Positions 24,241 through 31,913 of a DNA stretch of 32,000 nucleotides are shown piece after piece. A model generated the notes under the pieces. The model made no database searches. It worked only from the letters and a program-made list of their open reading frames with translations, and was not told the DNA's origin. Each line of letters begins with the position of its first letter. Within the stretch, counting starts at the first letter, position 1. The DNA comes from an uncultured Actinomycetes bacterium (GTDB taxonomy: Bacteria; Actinomycetota; Actinomycetes; S36-B12; CAIYMF01): the NCBI GenBank assembly GCA_963843975.1, contig CAWJMG010000003.1, positions 1,170,001 to 1,202,000 of the forward strand. Direction: 5' to 3'. Both the position numbers and the translations under genes were made by a program.

Positions 24241-24626
24241 GAAGGGTCCGCGACGCTGATGGATCGCTTGGCGCGCAGGGAGATGGTGACGCCGTCCGGC
24301 GTCTCCTCGGCCCACAGGTCGACGACGAGCGCGGCGAGCACCGCCCAGGCGAAGCTGTCCTCACGAGGGACGACGGAGCTCTCGCACTTCCCGGTGACGC
24401 TGATGAGGACACCGTCGGGCTCGAGCTCGAACCGCGCGTCGATCACGGTGCCGGGCTGAGCGTTCGCGGCCAGGAGACCCGCCGCCTCCCCCACAGCGAG
24501 ACGGACGTCCTCGAGCTGCTCGAGGTCGAAGCCCGCACGTGAGGCCACGGCGACCGCCGTGGACCGTACGAGGGACACCCAGCCGGTCTCGGCGGGCACG
24601 GACAGTCGAACGGTGCTCTGGGTCAT
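24237..24626 (-). CDS. UsfX/RsbW-like anti-sigma factor (degenerate HATPase fold)
   Basis: 129 aa. GAGGAG RBS. 'DVRLAVGEAAGLLA', 'SFAWAVLAALVVDL' and 'ISLRAKR' resemble mycobacterial UsfX as I recall it. I could not find an E-x3-N-x3-H N-box or a GxGxG motif. Translationally coupled to the sigma gene. Confidence 0.7.
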   Translation of the reverse strand: MTQSTVRLSVPAETGWVSLVRSTAVAVASRAGFDLEQLEDVRLAVGEAAGLLAANAQPGTVIDARFELEPDGVLISVTGKCESSVVPREDSFAWAVLAALVVDLWAEETPDGVTISLRAKRSISVADPS

Positions 24627-24744
24627 CCGTGCTGCTCCTCGTCGCAGGTGTGCGTCGTGCCCGCGACGCTAACGCGAGGGGCGGCCCGCCACCAGCGTGC
24701 GGACGGCACGCTCGACGGGACCTGGGCACAGGGCACGAGGGCTA

Positions 24745-24770
24745 GTGCCCCGCTTTCAGGGATCCCAAAC
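24745..24770 (-). promoter_or_regulatory. SigF/SigB-type promoter candidate P10: (G)GTTT-N16-GGGCAC, upstream of the anti-sigma/sigma operon (autoregulation candidate)
   Basis: Minus strand reads GTTTGGGATCCCTGAAAGCGGGGCAC. It lies about 119 nt upstream of ATG 24626. Confidence 0.55.
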
Positions 24771-24932
24771 CTCGGAATCCACCGGATCGCCGGCCGGGGG
24801 CCGGACGCGGCCCTGAGCGATCAGCCTCCGGGTCTGTCTCTCGCCGGCCGGTTGCCGTGTCGTCGCAGCTGACCATCCGGGAACCCGCGACAGGCCAAGA
24901 AAGAACCGGTATTCGGCGTCGCTTCGGCTGCC

Positions 24933-25040
24933 GGTAGTCGAAACGCGGTCTATACCTCGCGAAACGACTACCGACGACGGGGACGTAGTCGGGGTGGTAG
25001 TCGAAACGCGGTCTATACCGCGCAAAACGACTACCGACGA
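24933..25040. repeat. Two tandem 45-nt units (63-bp period), each an interrupted hairpin GGTAGTCG-AAA-CGCG-loop-CGCG-AAA-CGACTACC followed by GACGA
   Basis: Copy 1 at 24933-24977 and copy 2 at 24996-25040 differ at 2 positions. An extra GTAGTCG half-site lies at 24986-24992. The element is in a locally lower-GC, 470-bp intergenic region. Confidence 0.8.
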
Positions 25041-25098
25041 GCGACCTAGAGCTGCCGATCTCGATCGCTTCCGGGGCTCGGCTGCCTAAGGTGGCCGG

Positions 25099-25569
25099 GT
25101 GACCGAGACGCCGGAGCTGAAGTCGTTCGGAGACCTTGCGCCCGACGACTTCGTGCGGCACTCGGTGTGGGTCAGCTGCCATGTCGCGGACCACGGCGAG
25201 CCTTGGTACGACGACACCGACGAGGAGACCTTCCGCCCGTACCTCGATCGCCTGCCGGTCGATCCCCGCTCCGGCATGTACGTGGTGGCCGCCATCTCGA
25301 CCCTCCCCGACGGCAGGACGCTCCCGGCGTTCATCACGCCGTCGATCCAGGAGGGCGACGTCGGGGCTCTCCAGCCGCACGTCTTCGTCGGCGATCGGAT
25401 GTTCGGGTTCTGGGGCGGGATGCTCGGAGTGGCCGAGGCCTACCGGAATGAGATGTACGCCGCCCTGGGAGCGACCGAGGCCGACGTGTTCCCGCTCCGG
25501 GTCGGTGCGCCCCCCGGCCTCGCGCTGGGAGTGGCCGAGGCGCTTGTCCCGGGTTGGATGGGCGTCTGA
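25099..25569 (+). CDS. Hypothetical protein (156 aa), no recognised domain
   Basis: GTG start with AAGGTGG RBS. High GC3. MTETPELKSFGDLAPDDFVRHSVWVSCHVADHGEPWYDDTDEETFRPY... Confidence 0.6.
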   Translation: MTETPELKSFGDLAPDDFVRHSVWVSCHVADHGEPWYDDTDEETFRPYLDRLPVDPRSGMYVVAAISTLPDGRTLPAFITPSIQEGDVGALQPHVFVGDRMFGFWGGMLGVAEAYRNEMYAALGATEADVFPLRVGAPPGLALGVAEALVPGWMGV

Positions 25570-25780
25570 CCGACCCCGCCCCGGCCCTGCGCTCGAGCAC
25601 CGCTCACGTGAGCCGGACCGCCCCGAGCGCGCCATGTCGCCGTCGAACGACTGAGCGAACGAACGCCGTGTTCGCTTGGGGCTGAACACTTTTCCCTCAT
25701 GCAGCGCCCAGGACCCGGTCGCACTGTCAGAGGTGCCGTGGATGATGTGATCACTCGCCCAGCACCCGAGGGAGGTGACC

Positions 25781-27368
25781 ATGTCGACCACGTACGAGAC
25801 GTACGACGATGCGTTCCCGCCCGACTGGTCGCCGGTGCCGCCCGAGCAGGAGCGTGCGTTCGCCGAAGCCCTGTGGCGGGAGTTCCCGCCCGAGCGCGAG
25901 GAGGTGCGCCCCGACTGCGAGCCGGTCGAGGCGGGACCCTTCTCCGAGCTCGACCTGATCGCCGCGGTGGATGGTGCAGCCGACCCGTTCGACCTCGTGC
26001 TGCTCCATGACCTCGACCCGGCCACGGTCACCGACCCCGCGGACCAGTTGCGGATCCTCACCGCCCTCGACCGGGTGGAGTGCCTCACCCAGGCACTCAG
26101 GGTCCGCACCCTCATGGCCCTCGGCGGCGCCGACGACGACCCCGCCTGGACCGGCTTGGACGAGCAGGAGCTGCGGCACGACGTCGCGATCGCGCGCCGC
26201 ACCTCGGAGTACGCCGCCGGCCAAGCCCTCGAGGCTCGCCCGCACCATCACCCGCCACTACCCCGCCTTCCTGAGCGCGCTGCGCGACGGGCGGGTGTCC
26301 TGGGGGCACCTGGCCGTCCTGGTCGACCGCACCCGCTACGTCACCGACCCCGATGCCATCGCCGCCATCGCCACCCGCGCGCTGACCAGGGCCCTGACGC
26401 GCACGCCGGGGCAGTTCGCCACCGAGGTGGAGAAGCTCGTCGCCCGCTTCGACCCAGACGCCTCCGAACGCCACCGCCGCGCCAAGAAGAAGGAGCGCAC
26501 GGTCTGGGCCAAGCGCCTCGCCGACGGCATGGGCATGCTCGGCTACGTCGACGACTGGGCCCTGGTCAACGCCGTCTACGAGACCATCGCCGCCGACGCC
26601 CGCGCCACGAAGAAGGCCACCCGGGCGAAGAACAAGGCACGCAAGGCCGCCCGGAGCGCGGCCCCCGAGCCGGCACCCGGCACCGACGTCGCCACGAGCG
26701 ATGGTCAGGACGAGGACGAGCCCGACGCCGACACCGCCCGCGCGGACGCCCTCGCGGCCCGCGTCCTCGGCACCGTGAACTCCGACGGATCCGTCGTCTG
26801 GGATCGCGCCGCCTCCGTGGTCTACGAAGGCAACCTCGTCATCGACTTCCTCACCCTGACCCGCGAGCGCGACCGCATCGCCCTGCTGGACGGCCAGCCG
26901 GTCCCCGCCGCGATCGGCCGCGAGCTCGCCGCCGGGATCGCCGCCTGGCGCCGATTCGTCACCGACCCCGCCACCGACCACCTGATCGACGTCGGCAGCC
27001 GCTACACCGACCCCGGCCTGCGCCGCTTCCTCCTCGCGCGCGACATCTGCCGCAACCCCGTCCACCAGCACATCCCCACCTCCACCCGCCTGCAGATGGA
27101 CCACGCCGAGGAGGCACCCCACGGCCCCACGAGCGCAGACAACTGCGGCGGCCTCTGCATCGGCAGCCACCAGCTCAAGACGGCCAGGCGCGTCGACATC
27201 ACCGAATCCCGGGCCGACGGGTCGTGCACCTGGACCACCGGCCGCGGTCAGGTCCTCCACATCCCGCCCCGACCCTTCCTCGACCACCCCGACCCACCAC
27301 CGCCGCCGAGACGTCGACCCGACGCACCGCCGGCGCCTGACCCTGCCGACGACATCCCGCCCTTCTGA
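25781..27368 (+). pseudogene. DUF222 / HNH-endonuclease family gene (13E12-repeat-like) interrupted by a +1 frameshift near 26231-26234
   Basis: The N-terminal part is in the frame of ORF 25775 (ATG 25781, GGGAGG RBS). The rest is in the frame of ORF 25971. Deleting one G from GAGG restores '...SEYAAGQALELARTITRHYPAFLSALRDGRVSWGHLAVLV'. The C-terminal HNH-like motif is degenerate (CRNPVH...MDHAEEAPHGPTSADNCGGLCIGSHQLKTA). Confidence 0.7.
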
Positions 27369-27494
27369 CCACCACGCACAGCCGTGAGCCGGACCCCCAC
27401 CAGGGCATCCGGCCCACCGACATGCCCGAGACCGTGCGCAGCGGCCTTCGCGGGGTGGAGGATTCGACCTACGCGCCCCAGCCGAGGAGAGCAG

Positions 27495-27956
27495 ATGAGC
27501 CGGCACGTGCAGGTGACGTTCGACGCGCGTGACCCGCGCGGCCTCTCGACGTTCTGGCGCGACGTCCTCGGCTACGTGCACCCCGCTCCCCCTGGCGTCC
27601 AGCTGCCCGAGGGTGCCGACCCGTTGGCGGCCTGGGACGACTTCCTCGAGCGGATCGGCGTCCCCGTGGAGCAGCGCAACTCCAGCTCCGCCATCGAGGA
27701 CCCGGACGGCCACGGGCCGCGGATCTTCTTCCAGCAGGTGCCCGAGGACAAGGTCGCGAAGAACCGCGTCCATCTCGACGTCCGCGCCGCACCTGGGCTG
27801 CAGGGCGACGAGCGCATGGCAGCGCTGGAAGAGGGGTGCACGCGGCTCGTCGCCCTCGGCGCGAGTCGGCTGCGTCGTCACGAGCCGGCGCCGCCGCTGT
27901 CGTACGGCCACATCGTGATGGCCGACCCCGAGGGCAACGAGTTCTGCCTCGACTGA
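27495..27956 (+). CDS. VOC (glyoxalase/bleomycin-resistance fold) family protein
   Basis: 153 aa. GAGGAGAG RBS. 'VQVTFDARDPRGLSTFWRDVLGY' and 'NRVHLDV...IVMADPEGNEFCL' are typical VOC beta-alpha-beta-beta-beta modules. Confidence 0.8.
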   Translation: MSRHVQVTFDARDPRGLSTFWRDVLGYVHPAPPGVQLPEGADPLAAWDDFLERIGVPVEQRNSSSAIEDPDGHGPRIFFQQVPEDKVAKNRVHLDVRAAPGLQGDERMAALEEGCTRLVALGASRLRRHEPAPPLSYGHIVMADPEGNEFCLD

Positions 27957-27970
27957 CCTGAGGCCCCTCG

Positions 27971-28814
27971 CTAGGGCGTCAGGAAGTCGAGCACGAGCCG
28001 GTTGAACGCGTCGGCGTGCTCGATCTGCGTCCAGTGCCCGCAGCGGCCGAACACGTGCAGCCGCACGTCGGGCACGACGTCGAGCAGGTGCAGCGCATTC
28101 GACAGCGGGATCACACGGTCCTCGCGACCGTGCACCACGAGCGTCGGCTGCGGCAAGCGTGCGATCTCGTCGTCCGGCGTCACCATCGCGTCGACCCACC
28201 GCTGGCGCGGCGCGGGGAACATCGCGGCGAACGACTCCTGGAACCCCGGATGGATCGACGCCTCGTAGCGCACCTGGGCCAGCTCGTCGGTCACGAGCGC
28301 GCGCGAGTGGGCGAAGATCCCGATGAGCTCGCGCATGCTCTCGACAGACGGCTCGTAGCCCCACACGCGGTCGAGCCCGTCGGTGATCTCGAACGGGACG
28401 CCGACGCTCCCCATCAGCACGAGTCGCGACACCCGCTCGGGGTGCCGCGCCGCGACCCGCAGCGCCAGCGCGCCGCCGAAGCTGTTGCCGACGAGCGCGA
28501 CCTGCTCCAGGCCGAGCGCGTCGAGGAAGCCGACGACCTGGCCGACCCACGTGTCCATCGAGTAGTCCACGCCGTCCGGCCGCTCGGTGAAGCCGAAGCC
28601 CACCAGGTCCGGCGCGTAGACCGAGAAGCTCCGGCGACAGCGCCGGGATCGTGAGCCGCCAGTTCGCGTACGCCGTGACGCCCGGGCCGGAGCCGTGCAG
28701 CAGCACGACGGGCGCGCCGGCACCTGCGTGCAGGTAGTTGGTGCTGATTCCTGCGGCGTCGACGGTGGATCCGATCTCGGGGCGTGCCTGCGCATCCGTC
28801 ACGCACGCCAGCAT
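27971..28814 (-). pseudogene. Alpha/beta hydrolase (meta-cleavage-product hydrolase-like) interrupted by a 1-nt frameshift near 28631-28636
   Basis: The N-terminus (...GISTNYLHAGAGAPVVLLHGSGPGVTAYANWRLTIPALS) lies in the frame of ORF 26112-28856. The rest (FSVYAPDLVGFGFTERP...GNSFGG...GHWTQIEH) lies in ORF 27971-28795. Removing one C from CTGTCGCCGGAGC joins the two. Confidence 0.7.
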
Positions 28815-28950
28815 GCCGCGCGGGCGCACGCACCGATGCCCGGAGTCCCGCGACACGGGACGGTCGGGTCGTCACCGGACGTTCACCGACGCGTCGGCTG
28901 AACACGAGCCGGATGACCGAATCCGCCGCTGGGCTGCGCGCGTGAGCGTG

Positions 28951-29526
28951 ATGACGCAGACGCTGGTCGCCCCTCGGACGCCGGACACCCCGGCACCCCT
29001 GGCGCGGCACGCCCAGGACTCCGACCTGGCAGCCATCCTCGACGTGTACGCCGCGTGCCGCACGAGCGACCCGACGTACCCCGCCGGGGTGGGCGGTTCG
29101 CAGGCCCCGGACCTCGCGGAGTGGTTCTTCCGCAAGCCCCTAGCGGCCTGCCTGGTCGTCGAGGAGCCCGACGGCGTGATCGTCGGGGTCGCCGGCCTCC
29201 GCGCGGCCGCTCCCCCGCCGTCGGCGCGCGGCGACCGCCGCGTGCGGTGGATGGAGTCGTGCCGCCTCGCCGTCCACCCGGACCACCGCGGGGGTGCCGC
29301 ATCGCGGGCCCTCACCTCGGCGAGGATGCGTGCCGCGTTCGAGCTCGGGGCCGACAAGCTGTGGCTGCGCTGCCTGCCCGGCTCGCCCGCGCACGGCCTC
29401 TACCTGAGGGTCGGCTGGTCGTTCCTGTCGCGCGGACACATCGACGTCCCCGGCGAGGCGTCGCGCCCGGCCGTGCTCCTGCAGCGCGCCGTCGCACCGC
29501 TGGCAGCGCACCGCGTGACCCCCTGA
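28951..29526 (+). CDS. GNAT-family N-acetyltransferase
   Basis: 191 aa from the internal ATG. 'RLAVHPDHRGGAASRALTSARMRAAFELGADKLWL' is a motif-A-like acetyl-CoA binding segment. Confidence 0.7.
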   Translation: MTQTLVAPRTPDTPAPLARHAQDSDLAAILDVYAACRTSDPTYPAGVGGSQAPDLAEWFFRKPLAACLVVEEPDGVIVGVAGLRAAAPPPSARGDRRVRWMESCRLAVHPDHRGGAASRALTSARMRAAFELGADKLWLRCLPGSPAHGLYLRVGWSFLSRGHIDVPGEASRPAVLLQRAVAPLAAHRVTP

Positions 29527-29575
29527 CCGACCCTTGGCGCGGACGGCCGTCGGCCCCGCGTGGTGGGATCGGGGC

Positions 29576-30628
29576 ATGACGCGAGCCGGAGCCCCCGACC
29601 CGGTTCTCGTCGCGAGGCTTCGCGCACAACAGCTGACCGAGCGGGCGGCGTCCGACCCGGTGGCCGTGGTCGAACGGATCCTCGCGGTGCAGGCGCAGGA
29701 CGGCCGCGGTTTCCGCCTCGCCGTACGCGCCCGCTCCACCGTCGCGGCCGCGTCGACCGTCGACCGGGCGCTCACCGACGACCGCAGCCTCGTCGTCGAC
29801 TGGCTGGGCCGCGGCACGCTGCACCTCGTCACCGCCGAGGACAGGCACTGGCTCCACGCCCTGCTCGCGCCGCAGCTCACCACCGCCACGAAGCGGCGGC
29901 TCCAGCAGGAGGGCGTCGACCCAGCGATGGCCGAGCGCGGAGTCGCCCTCGTGGCGCGCACGCTTCGCGAGGACGGCCCGCAGAGCCGCGCGCAGCTGCG
30001 CGAGCGGCTCGACGCCATCGGGGTGCGCACCCAGGGCCAGGCCCTGGTGCACCTGCTCGGGGCCGCGACGACGCAAGGCCACGTGCTGCGCGGGCCGGTG
30101 GCGGGCGGCGAGCAGCTCTTCGCCGACCCGCTCACCTGGCTGGGGCCGCAGCCCGCCCTGCCCGACCGCCACGTGCTCCTCGCCGAGCTCGCACGGCGCT
30201 ACCTCGTCGGCCACGGCCCGGCCTCCGACCGCGACCTCGCCTACTGGACGGGGCTCACCCTCGGCGACGCGCGCACCGGGCTCGCGGGCGTGCACCACCT
30301 CGTCGAGCACGGGGACGGCCTCGTCTCGCTGCGAGCCGAGCAGCCCGACGACACCGCACTCCCCGAGCCGGTGCTGCTCGGCCCGTTCGACCCCCTGCTG
30401 CACGGCTGGGTGTCGCGCGAACGCGTGCTCGGCGAGGACCTCGGCGTCGTGACGAGCAACGGGATCTTCCGCCCGGTGGCCCTCGTCGACGGCCGTGCAC
30501 CGGCCGTGTGGCGGCTCGCCGGCGGCACGCTCACCTGGGAGGTGCGCGAGGGCTGGTCCCTGCCGCAGCGCGCGGAGCAGGCCCTGCGACGCGACGCCGA
30601 CGCCGTGCGGGCCTACCTCGCAGCTTGA
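29576..30628 (+). CDS. Winged-helix DNA glycosylase of the AlkZ/YcaQ (DUF1006) family, AlkZ-like Q-A-Q motif
   Basis: 350 aa from ATG 29576. 'LRAQQLTERAASDPVAVVERILAVQAQDGRG' and 'WLGRGTLHLV' are typical of the family. The Q-hydrophobic-Q triplet is at residues 39-41. Confidence 0.8.
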   Translation: MTRAGAPDPVLVARLRAQQLTERAASDPVAVVERILAVQAQDGRGFRLAVRARSTVAAASTVDRALTDDRSLVVDWLGRGTLHLVTAEDRHWLHALLAPQLTTATKRRLQQEGVDPAMAERGVALVARTLREDGPQSRAQLRERLDAIGVRTQGQALVHLLGAATTQGHVLRGPVAGGEQLFADPLTWLGPQPALPDRHVLLAELARRYLVGHGPASDRDLAYWTGLTLGDARTGLAGVHHLVEHGDGLVSLRAEQPDDTALPEPVLLGPFDPLLHGWVSRERVLGEDLGVVTSNGIFRPVALVDGRAPAVWRLAGGTLTWEVREGWSLPQRAEQALRRDADAVRAYLAA

Positions 30629-30635
30629 GCCGCGG

Positions 30636-31913
30636 TCAGTGGCCGGCGAGCTCGAGCGCGCGGACGTCGCTGCGCAGGCGGGCGGACGGCCAGCGCAGGA
30701 AGCCGATGCTGACGACGACGAGGCCGATCACCGCCATGATCGTGACGGAGAAGGCGGGGCTGGTGCGGTCGGCGATGAAACCGGCAACGAGGTAGCCGAG
30801 CGCCGTCACCGCGGCGAAGCCGGCGCTGGCGATGCCGATCACCCGGCCGCGGTGCTCGTTCTTGGTGAGCAGCGTCGTGAACGACATCACCGGCACGAGG
30901 AAGGCCTGGGCCACGCCCGACACGAACCACAGCACGACGAGCACGACGATCGGCGGCTCGATGCCCGTGAACAGCAGCGGCAGGCACACGGCGATCGACA
31001 GGGGCAGCACGAGGTCGAGCTGGTCCCGCGGTGCACGGCGTCCGACGAGGATCGAGCCGAGCGCGGCACCGGTGATCACCGACGCCATGAGCACGCCGCC
31101 CCAGGCGTCGAGCTCGCCGTTGCTGCGCACGTAGGCGAGCGCCACCGCCTCAGGCGCGACGAGCGAGGCGGCCATGCCCCAGCCGAGCAGGACGAGGGCG
31201 CGGCGCGAGCGGTCGGCCATGAGCATGCGCCAGCCCTCGGCGAGATCGGCGAAGAGCTGACCGACCGACTCGGTGGCGTCGAGCATCGACGGCCGGTTCT
31301 TCACGAACGCCGCGATCAGCGCGTACGACACGACGAACGAGATGGCGTCGATGAAGAGCGCGGCCTGCGGCGAGGTCAGCTGCACGACGATGCCGCCGAG
31401 CACCAGGCCGATCGCCTGGTTCGCGAGGTGGAGCGACCGGGTCAGGCCCGTGCCCGCGGTGACGAGCGAGGGGGTGCCGAGCACGTCCGGGATCGACGCG
31501 GCGCGAGCCGACTCGAACAGCGGCGTAAAGAGCTCGGCGACGAACAGCAGCGCGAACAGGAGCCACAGCGGCGCGCCCGGCCCGGCGGCCAGCGCGAGCA
31601 CCGCGATCGCGATCGCGCGCGCGACGTCGGCGAGCAGCATGAGCGACTTGCGGCTGAAGCGGTCGGCAAGCGAGCCGAGCAGCGCGGCGCCGAGGAAGGT
31701 CGGGATGAACGACACCGCGAAGGTGGCGGCGGCCAGCAGCGCCGACCCCGTGTCGGACAGCACGAGCAGGGCGAGCGCGACGCGCGCGATCTGGTCGCCG
31801 GCCTCGCTGGCGACCTGGGCGGCCACCAGCCCGCGGAACTCGGGCACGGCCAGGACCTCACGGACACCGGCGCGCTGACGACCACCAGTCCGACCTTCGT
31901 CGGCAGCGCTCAC
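30636..31913 (-). CDS. MFS transporter (EntS/DUF894-like)
   Basis: 425 aa, GTG start, 12 hydrophobic segments. 'LGSLADRFSRKSLMLLAD' loop motif. GTGA overlap with the upstream gene. Confidence 0.85.
   Translation of the reverse strand: MSAADEGRTGGRQRAGVREVLAVPEFRGLVAAQVASEAGDQIARVALALLVLSDTGSALLAAATFAVSFIPTFLGAALLGSLADRFSRKSLMLLADVARAIAIAVLALAAGPGAPLWLLFALLFVAELFTPLFESARAASIPDVLGTPSLVTAGTGLTRSLHLANQAIGLVLGGIVVQLTSPQAALFIDAISFVVSYALIAAFVKNRPSMLDATESVGQLFADLAEGWRMLMADRSRRALVLLGWGMAASLVAPEAVALAYVRSNGELDAWGGVLMASVITGAALGSILVGRRAPRDQLDLVLPLSIAVCLPLLFTGIEPPIVVLVVLWFVSGVAQAFLVPVMSFTTLLTKNEHRGRVIGIASAGFAAVTALGYLVAGFIADRTSPAFSVTIMAVIGLVVVSIGFLRWPSARLRSDVRALELAGH

Noticed and set aside
24756-25025. 89-aa minus-strand ORF containing the duplicated peptide RGIDRVSTT.
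   Set aside because: The peptide repeat is just the translation of the tandem DNA repeat. There is no RBS, GC3 periodicity is poor, and it lies in an otherwise regulatory-looking intergenic region.
26225-26240. Programmed ribosomal frameshifting as an explanation for the DUF222/HNH frame change, and likewise for 28628-28640.
   Set aside because: There is no slippery heptamer and no downstream pseudoknot or hairpin. A simple 1-nt indel in a short G/C run explains both cases.
26112-28856. 914-aa minus-strand ORF.
   Set aside because: It is composite. Only its first ~70 aa (from 28814 down to ~28632) match an alpha/beta hydrolase N-terminus. The rest is out of frame relative to the hydrolase and antisense to the VOC and DUF222 genes.
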